Assembly: GCF_988242995.1 (NCBI RefSeq)
Contig: NZ_OZ547043.1
Strand: one strand, 5' to 3'
Length of the DNA: 64,000 nucleotides
Shown piece after piece: positions 12,565-24,701 of this stretch (position 1 is the stretch's first letter; each line of letters opens with the position of its first letter). The position numbers and the translations under genes were made by a program. The notes under the pieces were generated by a model. It was not told the origin of the DNA and did no database searches. It saw only the letters and a program-made list of their open reading frames with translations.

Positions 12565-14178
12565 ATGAAGCACTCTGTTTCAGTCACGTGTTGTGCGCTG
12601 TTGGTCAGCAGCATTTCTCTTTCGTATGCTGCTGAAGTTCCGAGCGGCACAGTACTGGCAGAGAAGCAGGAGCTGGTGCGCCACATTAAAGATGAGCCAG
12701 CGTCGCTGGATCCCGCTAAAGCCGTGGGCCTGCCGGAGATTCAGGTCATTCGCGATCTGTTTGAAGGACTGGTGAATCAGAACGAGAAAGGGGAGATTGT
12801 CCCCGGCGTTGCGACTCAGTGGAAAAGTAATGACAACCGTATCTGGACTTTTACCCTGCGCGATAACGCAAAATGGGCGGATGGCACACCGGTAACGACG
12901 CAAGATTTTGTCTACAGCTGGCAACGTCTGGTGGACCCAAAAACATTGTCGCCATTTGCATGGTTTGCCGCGCTGGCGGGAATCAACAACGCACAGGCGA
13001 TTATTGATGGTAAAGCCACGCCTGACCAGCTTGGCGTCACCGCAGTTGATGCCCATACTTTGAAAATCCAGCTTGATAAACCGTTGCCGTGGTTTGTGAA
13101 TTTAACCGCTAACTTTGCCTTCTTCCCGGTGCAAAAAGCCAACGTAGAAAGCAGTAAAGAGTGGACGAAACCCGGAAATCTGATCGGCAATGGCGCTTAT
13201 GTTCTTAAAGAGCGCGTAGTCAATGAAAAACTGGTCGTGGTACCGAATACCCATTATTGGGATAACGCCAAAACGGTGCTGCAAAAAGTGACCTTCCTGC
13301 CAATTAATCAGGAATCCGCAGCCACTAAGCGTTACCTCGCGGGGGATATTGATATCACCGAATCCTTCCCGAAAAATATGTATCAGAAGCTGTTGAAGGA
13401 TATTCCGGGGCAGGTTTATACGCCGCCGCAGCTCGGGACCTATTATTATGCGTTTAACACGCAAAAAGGGCCGACGGCCGATCAGCGTGTTCGCCTGGCA
13501 TTAAGTATGACGATAGATCGCCGCCTGATGACCGAAAAAGTGTTGGGGACGGGGGAAAAGCCAGCGTGGCATTTTACACCAGATGTTACTGCCGGTTTTA
13601 CGCCGGAGCCTTCGCCGTTTGAACAAATGAGTCAGGAAGAACTGAATGCGCAGGCAAAAACTTTGTTGAGCGCAGCTGGTTATGGTCCGCAAAAACCGCT
13701 GAAGCTGACGCTTTTGTATAACACTTCAGAAAACCATCAAAAAATTGCGATTGCTGTAGCATCGATGTGGAAAAAGAACCTTGGCGTAGATGTTAAATTG
13801 CAGAATCAGGAATGGAAAACCTATATCGATAGCCGTAACACCGGCAATTTTGATGTTATCCGCGCCTCATGGGTAGGGGATTATAATGAACCCTCCACTT
13901 TCCTTACGTTGTTAACGTCAACGCATTCAGGGAATATTTCACGCTTTAACAATCCGGCATACGACAAAGTACTGGCCCAGGCATCAACGGAAAATACCGT
14001 TAAAGCGCGTAATGCCGATTACAATGCGGCAGAAAAAATCCTCATGGAGCAAGCACCGATTGCACCAATTTATCAATATACCAATGGACGATTAATCAAG
14101 CCGTGGCTGAAAGGTTATCCCATTAATAACCCGGAAGATGTGGCGTACAGTCGGACTATGTATATTGTGAAGCATTGA
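12565..14178 (+). CDS. mppA: Periplasmic murein tripeptide-binding protein
   Basis: ATG at 12565 gives MKHSVSVTCCALLVSSISLSYAAEVPSG... (537 aa), an OppA-like family 5 SBP. Confidence 0.95.
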   Translation: MKHSVSVTCCALLVSSISLSYAAEVPSGTVLAEKQELVRHIKDEPASLDPAKAVGLPEIQVIRDLFEGLVNQNEKGEIVPGVATQWKSNDNRIWTFTLRDNAKWADGTPVTTQDFVYSWQRLVDPKTLSPFAWFAALAGINNAQAIIDGKATPDQLGVTAVDAHTLKIQLDKPLPWFVNLTANFAFFPVQKANVESSKEWTKPGNLIGNGAYVLKERVVNEKLVVVPNTHYWDNAKTVLQKVTFLPINQESAATKRYLAGDIDITESFPKNMYQKLLKDIPGQVYTPPQLGTYYYAFNTQKGPTADQRVRLALSMTIDRRLMTEKVLGTGEKPAWHFTPDVTAGFTPEPSPFEQMSQEELNAQAKTLLSAAGYGPQKPLKLTLLYNTSENHQKIAIAVASMWKKNLGVDVKLQNQEWKTYIDSRNTGNFDVIRASWVGDYNEPSTFLTLLTSTHSGNISRFNNPAYDKVLAQASTENTVKARNADYNAAEKILMEQAPIAPIYQYTNGRLIKPWLKGYPINNPEDVAYSRTMYIVKH

Positions 14179-14228
14179 TGTGATGGGAATTGGCGTTACC
14201 CTTGTGGATAACGCCAGTGATGTCTGAT

Positions 14229-15260
14229 TTAGCGACCCTGGTCCGGCGGTGTAATGTTATCCATATACAGCGTCTGGCTGGGGAAGGCAAAGTCCGCGCC
14301 GTGTGACTGTACAATATCGATAATCTTCAAATAAACGTCTTGCTGTGCAGCAAGCCATTCAGCCCATACCGTGGTTTTGGTAAAGCAATAAACCATAATA
14401 TTTAATGACGAATCGGCAAACTGGTTGAAATAAACCAGTAAGGTTTGTCGCTGGTCGATGGCCGGGTGATTTTTCAGCATCTCACGTACGGCTTCGACAA
14501 TAACGCCCACTTTTGCCGCATCCTCATAACGTAAACCAATGGTCGTGGTAATGCGCCGGTTGGTCATTCGTCCAGGATTTTCTACGCTGATCGACGAAAA
14601 CAGCGAGTTCGGTACGTACAATGGACGATTATCAAAGGTCGTAATTTTGGTAATTCGCCAGCCAATTTCCGCTACTGTACCTTCGATATTTCTGTCCGGT
14701 GAACGGATCCAGTCGCCAATACTAAAAGGACGGTCGAAATAGAGCATAATCCCGGAAAAGAAGTTACTCAGAATATCTTTACCGGCCATACCGACAGCCA
14801 GACCACCAATACCACCAAAGGTCAACAAGCCAGAAAGGCTCATGCCGAAATGTTCGCCATAAAGCAGAACAAGCACCACAATAATGGTGATTTTGATGAT
14901 ACGCGACATAATCCGCGCACTGGTGATATCGCGACCTTTTTTAATCTGCTGTTTTTCAAACTGATTAATCAGCAGAAATAGCTTAATCGTCAGAATAACC
15001 GCAATCAGGGACGTACAGATAAAATCGATAACGCCTGGGGTGATAAATTTGAGTTTATAGTTTTCTATAACATAATTAATGATGCTACCAACAGCACTGA
15101 TAATTATGGTGTAGATTAAAAATTGCACCGCATGGAATAAAAAACCTTTTCTTTTACGATTTCCGCGGCGAAACCAAAAGCTCATCAGAATCAATGCTGC
15201 GCAGCTACCGAAAATAATGACCAGATTAAGCGCATTATTTGTAAACAGTTCAGCGATCAT
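14229..15260 (-). CDS. ynaI: MscS-family small-conductance mechanosensitive channel
   Basis: 343 aa with multiple TM helices and a conserved MscS core ([29 protein letters not shown]). Confidence 0.94.
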   Translation of the reverse strand: MIAELFTNNALNLVIIFGSCAALILMSFWFRRGNRKRKGFLFHAVQFLIYTIIISAVGSIINYVIENYKLKFITPGVIDFICTSLIAVILTIKLFLLINQFEKQQIKKGRDITSARIMSRIIKITIIVVLVLLYGEHFGMSLSGLLTFGGIGGLAVGMAGKDILSNFFSGIMLYFDRPFSIGDWIRSPDRNIEGTVAEIGWRITKITTFDNRPLYVPNSLFSSISVENPGRMTNRRITTTIGLRYEDAAKVGVIVEAVREMLKNHPAIDQRQTLLVYFNQFADSSLNIMVYCFTKTTVWAEWLAAQQDVYLKIIDIVQSHGADFAFPSQTLYMDNITPPDQGR

Positions 15261-15503
15261 TGTTTTATCAGGCTCCTCCAGATAATTGTCGTCATGCCGG
15301 AAACCCCTGGCGGGGCTATTTTACCGCGACAATTCATTCAGATCATCAATAGTCAGGGAAGGAAGTAGCAACATTAGCTAACTAATCAATGCGTTGATTG
15401 TAAATCCAGCTAAGAGGTAAGGTTTTCAGAGCAGACAACGGTAAAATGTCATGGTATTGTTACGTTTAGGTAACAAGAAATTTGTCTGCACAAGGATTAC
15501 ATC

Positions 15504-15761
15504 ATGATTATGGCGAAACTGAAGTCAGCGAAAGGGAAGAAATTTCTCTTTGGTTTGTTGGCGGTTTTCATTATTGCGGCGTCGGTTGTGACTCGCGCGA
15601 CCATCGGCGGCGTTATAGAACAGTACAATATTCCGCTGTCTGAGTGGACGACATCAATGTATGTGATTCAGTCATCGATGATTTTTGTTTATAGCCTGGT
15701 CTTTACTGTGTTGCTGGCAATACCGTTGGGAATTTATTTTCTTGGCGGCGAAGAGCAGTAA
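15504..15761 (+). CDS. ynaJ: Small inner-membrane protein (DUF2534)
   Basis: 85 aa with two hydrophobic helices. Position between ynaI and uspE. Confidence 0.88.
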   Translation: MIMAKLKSAKGKKFLFGLLAVFIIAASVVTRATIGGVIEQYNIPLSEWTTSMYVIQSSMIFVYSLVFTVLLAIPLGIYFLGGEEQ

Positions 15762-15810
15762 GTAAAAAATAGGCCCGATAACTCGGGCCTTGTCAGTTAT
15801 TGAAGAGTCG

Positions 15811-16761
15811 TTAATCGTCTTCTTCGTCATCCAGTTCAACGGGTGTCTGATACTGGTCAGGTTTAATGACCAGCAGGTCGCAGCGAAGATGATCAATCAC
15901 CTGTTCCGCCGTGTTGCCGAGGAATGCTGCTGAAATACCGGTGCGTCCGACCGTGCCCAGAACCACAATCCCCGCCTGTAAATGCTCCGCCAAATCAGGA
16001 ATCACCTCTTCTGGCAGACCTTTTTCTACGTGCGTCATGTTTTCATTAATGCCGAATTTCTGCCGCAGGGCTTTCATTGCCAGCAAATGTTGCCCACGAA
16101 TGGCATCGTTATAAACGCTCGGATCAAATTCCGGCAGTTCAATCGCGATATTAATTGGCGTTACCGGATAAGCGCCAACCAGATGAACTTCAGTATGGTT
16201 GACTTGTTCTGCCAGTTCGATCGTCTCTTTGACCAGTTTTTCATTGAGCGCATTATGGTACGGCTCTTCACTGGCGAGATTCACCGCCACCAGCGCCTTA
16301 CCCCCTTCCGGCCACGGCTGGTCTTTCACCATCCACACCGGGCTTGGGCATTTGCGTAACAGATGCCAGTCCGTTGGCGTAAAAATCACCGCTTCCAGAC
16401 GGTCATGTTGGTGCGCCATTTTTAGCACCAAATCGTGCCCGCCGCTGATCACTTCCTGAATGATGGCTTCGAAAGGACGGTTATGCCAGACCACTTTAAT
16501 TTCAATGGGAACGCCAGCATTGAGATAATATTTTGCCTGCTCGTGGATCCAGGCTGTACGCTGGCTGATGACGCCCTGACGCATAGCGGTACGTTCGTCC
16601 GGAGAGAGCAGGGTGGTCATTTCGTATGAGAAGTCATAGATCGGCAAAAAGGCTTTAATTTTGCCACCAATCCGTTGATGTAAATAAACAGCTCGCCGCA
16701 ATGCTGGTTGGTCGTCCTGGTTAGGATCGATAACAACGAGCATGTTCTGATACATAGCCAT
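15811..16761 (-). CDS. uspE: Universal stress protein E (tandem Usp domains)
   Basis: Internal start gives [25 protein letters not shown]... (316 aa). Confidence 0.94.
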   Translation of the reverse strand: MAMYQNMLVVIDPNQDDQPALRRAVYLHQRIGGKIKAFLPIYDFSYEMTTLLSPDERTAMRQGVISQRTAWIHEQAKYYLNAGVPIEIKVVWHNRPFEAIIQEVISGGHDLVLKMAHQHDRLEAVIFTPTDWHLLRKCPSPVWMVKDQPWPEGGKALVAVNLASEEPYHNALNEKLVKETIELAEQVNHTEVHLVGAYPVTPINIAIELPEFDPSVYNDAIRGQHLLAMKALRQKFGINENMTHVEKGLPEEVIPDLAEHLQAGIVVLGTVGRTGISAAFLGNTAEQVIDHLRCDLLVIKPDQYQTPVELDDEEDD

Positions 16762-16912
16762 ACAGGGTCTCCTTACAACAACTGTCAACGCAGTTTGTAA
16801 TTAAAAGATTAACCCATATCTGGTGAATGAAACAGTGATGAACCTTCTGCCAGATCAATAAATCAGAAAAATTTAATGATATGACAGAAGGATAGTGAGT
16901 TATGCGGAAAAA

Positions 16913-17665
16913 TCAGGCAACGTTACGCGTATGACCAGCAAGCTGGGCCAGCGCATCGTTATTTTCGATGGTGATGTATTTACCTTTGACTGCCAGCATA
17001 CCGCTTTTCTGGAAGCGACCCAGCAGACGGCTGATGGTTTCTACCGTCAGGCCCAGATAGTTACCGATATCGCCACGAGTCATCGTCAGGCGGAATTCAC
17101 GAGGGGAGAAGCCGCGTTGGGCAAAACGACGGGACAGGTTGTAGATGAATGCAGCCAGACGTTCCTCGGCATTTTTCTTCGACAACAGCAGGATCATGTC
17201 CTGATCGCCTTTGATTTCACCGCTCATCAGACGCATCATCTGCTGACGCAGATTCGGCATTTTACCGGACAAATCGTCCAGCGTTTCGAACGGGATTTCA
17301 CATACCATCGAGGTTTCCAGCGCCTGCGCGAAGCTCGGGTGATGACCGCTGCCGATTGCATCAAATCCCACCAGGTCACCAGCTAAATGGAAACCAGTGA
17401 TTTGCTCGTCGCCTTGCTCAGTAATGGTATAACTTTTAATCGTACCGGAGCGGATGGCATAAAGCGATTTTAGTTCATCACCAGCCTTAAACAGCGTCTG
17501 GCCTTTCTGAATAGGCTTCTTCCGCTCAATGATATTATCAAGCTGATCAAGCTCATGTTCGTTGAGTGTGAACGGGATGCAAAGCTGGCTGATGCTGCAA
17601 TCCTGGCAATGGATAGCACAACCGCCAGACTGAATGCGCCGTATAATTCGCTTTTCCGGGATCAT
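16913..17665 (-). CDS. fnr: FNR anaerobic global regulator
   Basis: [32 protein letters not shown]... (250 aa) with an N-terminal Cys cluster and a CRP-family HTH. Confidence 0.97.
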
Positions 17666-17684
17666 AGGTCTGCTCAAGCCGTAA

Positions 17685-17698
17685 TTGATATTTGTCAA
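17685..17698. promoter_or_regulatory. FNR box in the fnr promoter (autoregulation)
   Basis: TTGAT-ATTT-GTCAA is a near-consensus TTGAT-N4-ATCAA, about 20-30 nt upstream of the fnr ATG. Confidence 0.75.
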
Positions 17699-17859
17699 TT
17701 TTAACATCTTTTTAGGGAGCAAGTAAGTCTAAGCAAACCTTAACAGCAGAGAATTCCGATATTAGATGTAAATATATGTCTATCTATTTGAAAACCCTTA
17801 AGTTGTTAAGGGTAACTTTACATAAAAGTGTGAACAAGCTGGCACAAATTGTTTAATGT

Positions 17860-18375
17860 TTACAGCAAAAGATAACCTTCGTGGCGTAATAACCACTCTT
17901 TTCGCTGAACTCTGCCTGCATATCCGGTCATGGTACCGTTTCTGCCAATGACCCGATGACAAGGCACAACAATGCTGATGGGATTCGATCCATTTGCCGC
18001 ACCTACGGCACGCGCCGCACCGGGGCGGCCCAATTGTTCAGCCAGTTGGCCGTAATGCATTACCTGCCCGCAGGGGATAGTACGTAGTGTTTTCCAGACT
18101 TCGCGCTGAAATGGCGTCCCCCCCGTGGCAGTGGGAAGCGTATCAATAATGCTAAGATTACCGGCAAAATATTCACGAAGCTTGTCACTTAAACCACCTG
18201 GGTTGGTGGCAGAAATGCGTTCATAGCCTTCTTTGCGGTAATGGATGTCCAGCAGCTGCACCATGCGTTCGCTGTACTCTTCCCATTCAACCGCCCGCAG
18301 GCGAAATTGCTCATCGCAAATCACCCACAGTGGACCCAGTGGCGTGACAATTTTTTCTTCAAGTAATCTCAGCAT
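17860..18375 (-). CDS. ogt: O6-alkylguanine-DNA methyltransferase
   Basis: 171 aa with active-site motif VPCHRVIG. Confidence 0.96.
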   Translation of the reverse strand: MLRLLEEKIVTPLGPLWVICDEQFRLRAVEWEEYSERMVQLLDIHYRKEGYERISATNPGGLSDKLREYFAGNLSIIDTLPTATGGTPFQREVWKTLRTIPCGQVMHYGQLAEQLGRPGAARAVGAANGSNPISIVVPCHRVIGRNGTMTGYAGRVQRKEWLLRHEGYLLL

Positions 18376-18385
18376 CCGTTCTCTC

Positions 18386-19912
18386 TTAAGACAAACGTGG
18401 GTAAATCCCCGGACCTATCGGCAGACCGACAAGATACCACGCCAGCAACATCAGCAGCCATACCACCAAAAAGATAAGTGGATAGGGCAAAACTAACGAA
18501 TAGTAAGTACCCAGTTTCGCGTCTGGTTTGTAGCGTTGCAGGAATCCAAGAAACAGTGGAACAAAAGGAGATACCGGCGCTAAAGGCAATACGGATGAGT
18601 CGGCAATACGAAAGAGGATTTGCGCAAATGCCGGGTGAAAGCCAAGTAGCATAAACATCGGTACGAAAATGGGGGCCAGAATCGACCAGATTGCGGAACC
18701 GCTGGCGATAAACATGCATAAGAAAGAGGAAAGCAACTCCAGACCGACAAACGCCGGGATGCCGCTAAGCCCTGAACTTTCCAGTATATCGGTCAGCCCC
18801 ACGGCGATGAATTTCCCCATGTTGCTCCAGTTAAACATGGCGACAAACTGGGCGAGGGGAAAAACCATCACGATAAATCCCGCCATCTCTTTCATCGGTT
18901 CAATCATTAATTGCGGTAAATCCGCCTGATGTCGAATTGTGCGGGTAGCGATGCCATAAGCCAGCGAGACCACAAAGAAAAAAAGAATGATCAGTGGCAC
19001 GATACCTTTAATAAAGGGTGATGGCATCACGGTGTGATTAATTGGATCGCGCAATATCCCGTTTTCCGGGATCACCATCAGCGCAATCGCAGCAATAAAA
19101 AGTAGCGATACGACACCTGCTATGCGTAAACCAAAACGCTGACTTTCGGTCAATGTCTGCAGTTTCTCATCGCTGTTTCCCTGCCATTGACCTAACCGTG
19201 GCTCGATGATTTTGTCGGTTATCAGGCCGCCAACAATCGTCAGTACGACTACGGAGCTGGCCATAAAATACCAGTTATCAATTACACTGACGTGCATTTG
19301 CGGATTGAACGCAGCCGCCGCTTCCGTGCTGATCCCCGACAGCAACACGTCGGTTGTGACAATCAGTAAATTAGCCGTAAAGCCGCAACCTACGCCTGCA
19401 ATGGCGGCAAGTAAACCTGCAACTGGATGCCTGCCCACCGCCAGAAAAATTAGCGCACCCATCGGTGGCATGATCACTAACGCCGCATCGGAAGAAATGT
19501 GGCTGAAAAAAGCAATAAACAGCACCATATAACTGGCGTAGCGGGCATTCACATGCGATGCCATTTTAACCATCAACGCTGGCAGTAAGCCGACGCGCTC
19601 CGCCAGACCGGCACCTAAAACCAGCGCCAGGATCGCACCAAGTGGAGCAAAACCGCTAAAGTTTTTAATAACATTGGGTAAAAACCAGTGTAATCCTTCC
19701 ACACTGAGCAGGTTTTTCACGACCACCGGCGTACCATCGGTCGGGTTTTTCGCACTGACGCCAAAGGCCGACAAAATTGCCGTCGTCACCATGAGTACGA
19801 TAATCAAATAGATAAAGAGCAAAAAAGGATGGGGAACCTTGTTACCAATTCTTTCGACCCAGCCATAGAGCTTCCCGGATTGGGAGGACGACGGTATGGA
19901 TGACATACTCAT
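18386..19912 (-). CDS. abgT: p-Aminobenzoyl-glutamate transporter
   Basis: Polytopic membrane ORF of about 508 aa, [25 protein letters not shown].... The track ORF begins 2 codons earlier (19918). Confidence 0.93.
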   Translation of the reverse strand: MSMSSIPSSSQSGKLYGWVERIGNKVPHPFLLFIYLIIVLMVTTAILSAFGVSAKNPTDGTPVVVKNLLSVEGLHWFLPNVIKNFSGFAPLGAILALVLGAGLAERVGLLPALMVKMASHVNARYASYMVLFIAFFSHISSDAALVIMPPMGALIFLAVGRHPVAGLLAAIAGVGCGFTANLLIVTTDVLLSGISTEAAAAFNPQMHVSVIDNWYFMASSVVVLTIVGGLITDKIIEPRLGQWQGNSDEKLQTLTESQRFGLRIAGVVSLLFIAAIALMVIPENGILRDPINHTVMPSPFIKGIVPLIILFFFVVSLAYGIATRTIRHQADLPQLMIEPMKEMAGFIVMVFPLAQFVAMFNWSNMGKFIAVGLTDILESSGLSGIPAFVGLELLSSFLCMFIASGSAIWSILAPIFVPMFMLLGFHPAFAQILFRIADSSVLPLAPVSPFVPLFLGFLQRYKPDAKLGTYYSLVLPYPLIFLVVWLLMLLAWYLVGLPIGPGIYPRLS

Positions 19913-19948
19913 GGGCATTCCTCGTTTGTTGTGTTTGCGTTGTTGTTG

Positions 19949-21394
19949 TTATTTTAAAGGTGACGGTGTCACGTTTTTCGGGATAGGGCAGTGATACGGT
20001 TGCGTGTCCGTAACTTGCTGATGCTCTTGTTGGCATTCTTGCAATAGCCCTGAATCAATGAAGAGATTAAGTGTGGTTGCTGCCATAGTTTTCGCCGCCA
20101 GCAGCATTCCTTTATGAGCAATAGATGTTCGCCCCTGGCTAACCAGTTGCCACGTATGTAGCGGGGTACCGACGGCAAAGCAGGGGCTGAAACACTGGGC
20201 AACAGGCAGTTTCCAACTGACGTCGCCGACATCAGTCGATGCCGCAAGCACGTTATCGGTGGCGGCATATGGAGCGACTTCATTCGCCAGTACCGTTTCA
20301 CGATGACGTAGTGCAAAAGCCTTGCCGTTTTCGCCACCGGTTGCAGCGATATTATTCAGACTGTTTTGCCGATCGTTGGGGGTGAGCGTAGCCTGAATTT
20401 GTTTCGCAAAAGCCAGTTCTTCGCAGTTCCATTCCGGAGTACCAAAATGGGATAGGGCCTGGTACATGGCATTTTCTAAGGTGCGATTCGGGAGATAACT
20501 GGAACAGGCTTTGTCGAAGCGGCATTCAACCGTGGTTTCGGTCATCAATGCCGCACCTTCGGCGATTTTGGCGACCCGATCATAAATATGCTGCACATCG
20601 GTCATTTCGGGGGCGCGGATAAGATAAAGCACTTCTGCCTGCGCCTGGACCACGTTGGGCGAGATCCCGCCGCTATCTATGATGGCATAGTGTACGCGCG
20701 CTTTTTCAATAATATGTTCGTTGAGGAAGTTGGTGCCAGTGGTCATCAACGTTACGGCATCAAGGGCGCTGCGTCCCAAATGAGGGGAGTTCGCGGCATG
20801 TGCTGCGATCCCTTTAAAGCGCCATGATGCCTGAATGTTTGCCAGCGTGCGGGTATTGAACATACCGGCAAAGGCTTCCGGGTGCCAGGTGAGTGCCGCA
20901 TCCACATCATCAAATACCCCCTCGCGGACCATGAACGCTTTACCCGAGCCGCCTTCTTCGCCAGGACAACCATAAAAGCGCACCGTGCCGCCTTGCCCAT
21001 ATTGTTCCAGCCATTTCTTGACGGCTATTGCTGCGGCAAAGGCGGCGGTTCCCAGCAAATTGTGTCCGCAACCGTGACCATTTTCACCGGGCGTCGCGGA
21101 TGTAGGTTGCGCGCAACCTGCTTGCTGACTTAAACCTGCCAGGGCGTCATATTCCCCCAGCAGGGCGATAACCGGTTTGCCTTGACCAAACGAAGCAATA
21201 AAGGCATTTGGGATATTGCCTACGTTGCGGGTAACGGTGAAGCCTGCAGACTCCAGCGCCGAAGCCAGATGCTCCGCTGACCAGAACTCTTCAAAACGTG
21301 TTTCTGGATGATCCCAGATTTGATCGGCAATATCGGTATAACGTTGGCGATCGGCTTCAATCGCATCGTCGATAAAACGATAGATTTCCTGCAT
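19949..21394 (-). CDS. abgB: p-Aminobenzoyl-glutamate hydrolase subunit B (M20 peptidase)
   Basis: 481 aa, M20 family. Start overlaps the abgA stop. Confidence 0.94.
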   Translation of the reverse strand: MQEIYRFIDDAIEADRQRYTDIADQIWDHPETRFEEFWSAEHLASALESAGFTVTRNVGNIPNAFIASFGQGKPVIALLGEYDALAGLSQQAGCAQPTSATPGENGHGCGHNLLGTAAFAAAIAVKKWLEQYGQGGTVRFYGCPGEEGGSGKAFMVREGVFDDVDAALTWHPEAFAGMFNTRTLANIQASWRFKGIAAHAANSPHLGRSALDAVTLMTTGTNFLNEHIIEKARVHYAIIDSGGISPNVVQAQAEVLYLIRAPEMTDVQHIYDRVAKIAEGAALMTETTVECRFDKACSSYLPNRTLENAMYQALSHFGTPEWNCEELAFAKQIQATLTPNDRQNSLNNIAATGGENGKAFALRHRETVLANEVAPYAATDNVLAASTDVGDVSWKLPVAQCFSPCFAVGTPLHTWQLVSQGRTSIAHKGMLLAAKTMAATTLNLFIDSGLLQECQQEHQQVTDTQPYHCPIPKNVTPSPLK

Positions 21395-22704
21395 CAGATA
21401 CCTCGCGTCCAGGGAAAATTGAGCGCGGTGCGCGCCAGCGTTTCGACGGCAATAGCGAGAACCTGCTCGTCAAAATCGAATTTTTCGTTGTGATGACCTG
21501 CCGCCAGCTGTGTGCCAAACACCATATAGGAGGCTTGCCCTTGATGTTGCTGCACGCGGGCCATCATTAATGTGGCATCTTCGGAACCCGCAGGCGCTTC
21601 AACACGTTCAATGGCCTGATTGACCCCCGCGACCTGAGCTGCCTGACTTTGCAACCATGCGACCCATTGCGGCGAAGGAGAACTGGCGGTAGCTGCACCC
21701 ATCAGACGAGTTTCAACGCCGACACCATACATGGTTGCTGCGCCCTGAATCGCTTGTTGTGCACGGTCAAAAACATATTGATTAATGACGTCGCTGGCCC
21801 CGCGTGTTTCCACTTTCAGCAACGCTGAGGCGGGAACAACATTACGACCGCTTCCTGCCTGCATAACGCCCACGTTTACTCTGGAAGCGCCTTCGCTGTG
21901 CGGGGCGATTGCATGCAGTGCAAGAGTTGCTTGTGCTGCCGCCAACAAGGCATTGTGACCGTCTTCTGGTTTTGCGCCTGCGTGAGCGGCGGTCCCGGTG
22001 AAGTGCGCGTCAAATTTGGTGGTTGCCATAAAATTATCACTGCCGCACACCACGGTGCCCGCAGGTACGCCAGTGCCAATGTGCACGGCAGTAAAATAAT
22101 CAACATCATCCACTACACCTGCATCGACCATCGCCCGCGCGCCACGCGTACCTTCTTCTGCAGGTTGAAAAATCAGTTTGATGACGCCATGTAGTCCGGA
22201 CTCGAACTGTTTAAGGGTATGCGCCAGCCCAAGCCCAATGGTGGTATGTCCATCATGACCACAGGCATGCATCATTCCGGCGTTACATGACGCAAAACCG
22301 TCGCGGTAGGGGCGATGGCTGACATCCTGCTCTTCACTGAGATCCAGCGCGTCCATATCGACACGGAAAGCCATCACCGGACCGGGGCGACCGGTATCCA
22401 GGGTGGCGACGATACCAGTGAAACCGCCTTCAAAAGCCGCAATCCATTGTTCTAGCGCACCCTGTTGACGAGCGCGCTCGAATTCGCGTTGTAGAGTGAA
22501 TTCATCAGGTAATCCCATCCGGCTACTTTCATTAACTACTTCGCGGCCCAGCGCCAGTGAATAACCGAGCTGGTGCAATTCTTCCGCAACAAGGGTGGCA
22601 GTGCGGAATTCCACCCAGCCAGACTCTGCATAGTGGTGAAAATCACGTCGCCAGTGCGATAATTTTGGGGCAAGCGAATTAATAAATTGATTCAAAGACT
22701 CCAT
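21394..22704 (-). CDS. abgA: p-Aminobenzoyl-glutamate hydrolase subunit A (M20 peptidase)
   Basis: MESLNQFINSLAPKLSHWRRDFHHYAESGW... (436 aa from the internal start). Confidence 0.94.
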   Translation of the reverse strand: MESLNQFINSLAPKLSHWRRDFHHYAESGWVEFRTATLVAEELHQLGYSLALGREVVNESSRMGLPDEFTLQREFERARQQGALEQWIAAFEGGFTGIVATLDTGRPGPVMAFRVDMDALDLSEEQDVSHRPYRDGFASCNAGMMHACGHDGHTTIGLGLAHTLKQFESGLHGVIKLIFQPAEEGTRGARAMVDAGVVDDVDYFTAVHIGTGVPAGTVVCGSDNFMATTKFDAHFTGTAAHAGAKPEDGHNALLAAAQATLALHAIAPHSEGASRVNVGVMQAGSGRNVVPASALLKVETRGASDVINQYVFDRAQQAIQGAATMYGVGVETRLMGAATASSPSPQWVAWLQSQAAQVAGVNQAIERVEAPAGSEDATLMMARVQQHQGQASYMVFGTQLAAGHHNEKFDFDEQVLAIAVETLARTALNFPWTRGI

Positions 22705-22879
22705 AACCTTTCCCGTCATCAGTAAAAAGTGTGACCCGGTTCACGTAGCGATAGTTTTTACTTATCACTAACTGATTTTTCACAGTTTTAACCGTTCATA
22801 AATTACCCTGACACAATCATCTGCATTAAAGTAGATGCCAGTTTCTTTGGTCTGATAAATAACGGTTATCGGTGGCGTC

Positions 22880-23788
22880 ATGGCTTTTCAGGTAAAAATT
22901 CATCAAATTCGGGCTTTTGTTGAAGTGGCTCGTCAGGGCAGCATTCGCGGAGCGAGCCGAATGTTGAATATGTCGCAACCGGCACTGAGTAAATCTATTC
23001 AGGAGCTGGAAGAAGGGTTGGCGGCACAACTCTTTTTTCGCCGTAGTAAAGGCGTGACGTTAACTGATGCCGGCGAAAGTTTTTATCAGCACGCCAGTCT
23101 TATTCTTGAAGAGCTGCGCGCAGCGCAAGAGGATATTCGCCAACGACAAGGGCAACTGGCAGGGCAAATTAATATCGGCATGGGGGCCAGTATTTCCCGC
23201 AGTCTGATGCCAGCTGTCATATCTCGTTTTCATCAGCAGCATCCGCAGGTAAAAGTACGCATTATGGAAGGGCAACTGGTATCGATGATTAATGAATTGC
23301 GCCAGGGGGAACTGGATTTCACCATCAATACCTATTATCAGGGACCCTACGACCACGAATTTACTTTTGAGAAATTACTGGAAAAGCAATTCGCGATCTT
23401 TTGCCGCCCGGGACACCCCGCCATTGGTGTCCGTTCGATCAAACAGTTACTGGACTACAGCTGGACAATGCCGACGCCACACGGCAGCTACTACAAACAG
23501 TTGAGTGAATTGCTTGACGATCAGGCGCAAACGCCACAGGTCGGTGTAGTCTGCGAGACGTTCTCAGCCTGTATCAGTCTGGTGGCAAAAAGCGATTTTC
23601 TCAGCATACTGCCTGAAGAAATGGGCTGCGATCCCTTGCACGGACAGGGGCTGGTGATGTTGCCGGTTAGCGAAATTTTACCGAAAGCGACCTATTATTT
23701 GATTCAGCGGCGTGATAGTCGCCAGACACCACTGACCGCGTCATTAATCACGCAATTTCGGCGAGAATGCGGCTATCTGCAAAGTTAA
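22880..23788 (+). CDS. abgR: LysR-family regulator of the abg operon
   Basis: 302 aa with LysR HTH (FVEVARQGSIRGASRMLNMSQPALSKSIQ). Divergent from abgA. Confidence 0.94.
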   Translation: MAFQVKIHQIRAFVEVARQGSIRGASRMLNMSQPALSKSIQELEEGLAAQLFFRRSKGVTLTDAGESFYQHASLILEELRAAQEDIRQRQGQLAGQINIGMGASISRSLMPAVISRFHQQHPQVKVRIMEGQLVSMINELRQGELDFTINTYYQGPYDHEFTFEKLLEKQFAIFCRPGHPAIGVRSIKQLLDYSWTMPTPHGSYYKQLSELLDDQAQTPQVGVVCETFSACISLVAKSDFLSILPEEMGCDPLHGQGLVMLPVSEILPKATYYLIQRRDSRQTPLTASLITQFRRECGYLQS

Positions 23789-23794
23789 AACTGC

Positions 23795-23890
23795 ATAAAA
23801 AAATAGAGCCTGTCGACATCCGCCAGACTCTACAGTACACACAGCAGTGCATCCTCGTCTTAAATCCGGCCTGGTCTCCTCTGTGCCGGT
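23795..23890 (-). ncRNA. mcaS: McaS (IsrA) Hfq/CsrA-binding small RNA
   Basis: The reverse complement reads ACCGGCACAGAGGAGACCAGGCCGGATTTAAGACGAGGATGCACTGCTGTGTGTACTGTAGAGTCTGGCGGATGTCGACAGGCTCTATTTTTTTAT. This is close to the McaS sequence I recall. It has GGA motifs, a terminal hairpin and a U-run, and sits in the abgR-smrA spacer. Confidence 0.85.
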
Positions 23891-24117
23891 GACTGTGTTA
23901 TAACGGTTTTAACCTTTAGTTGCCAATTTTCTTCAGTGACAGATTTCACGAAAATATAAGTTACATTATTAATATCGTGAATGAATAATCATGCATAAGC
24001 ATTTTGCTTAAAATATCGGCAACATTTGGAACTCATTACTGGAAATTTGGGTAATACGTTGTTGGACCGACCCGGTCTGGTTATCATATCGCGCTCTTAA
24101 TTGCGGGAGGATGTAAC

Positions 24118-24681
24118 ATGAACCTTGACGACAAATCGCTGTTTCTTGACGCCATGGAAGATGTCCAGCCGCTGAAACGTGCTACAGATGTCCACTGGCA
24201 TCCAACGCGTAACCAACGTGCGCCGCAGCGTATCGACACGCTGCAACTTGATAATTTCCTCACCACCGGATTTCTCGACATCATCCCGCTAAGTCAGCCG
24301 CTGGAGTTTCGGCGGGAAGGGTTGCAACATGGGGTGCTGGATAAGCTGCGCAGTGGTAAATATCCGCAACAGGCGAGCCTGAATCTTTTGCGCCAGCCGG
24401 TGGAAGAGTGCCGCAAAATGATGTTCAGTTTCATTCAACAAGCCATGGCGGATGGTTTGCGTAACGTGCTGATTATTCATGGTAAAGGGCGGGATGATAA
24501 ATCGCATGCCAATATTGTCCGCAGCTATGTGGCGCGCTGGCTGACCGAATTTGATGATGTTCAGGCATATTGCACCGCGCTACCGCATCATGGCGGCAGC
24601 GGGGCGTGTTACGTCGCACTACGTAAAACGGCGCAGGCGAAGCAAGAAAACTGGGAGCGCCACGCTAAGCGCAGCCGTTGA
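24118..24681 (+). CDS. smrA: Smr-domain DNA endonuclease
   Basis: 187 aa with a C-terminal Smr domain (LIIHGKGRDDKSHANIVRSYV). Confidence 0.92.
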   Translation: MNLDDKSLFLDAMEDVQPLKRATDVHWHPTRNQRAPQRIDTLQLDNFLTTGFLDIIPLSQPLEFRREGLQHGVLDKLRSGKYPQQASLNLLRQPVEECRKMMFSFIQQAMADGLRNVLIIHGKGRDDKSHANIVRSYVARWLTEFDDVQAYCTALPHHGGSGACYVALRKTAQAKQENWERHAKRSR

Positions 24682-24701
24682 TCTCGAGACGCATCCGCGG
24701 C

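Noticed and set aside
16895-17386. 163-aa plus-strand ORF antisense to fnr
   Set aside because: It is fully contained in the fnr coding region on the opposite strand, which is a typical antisense artefact.
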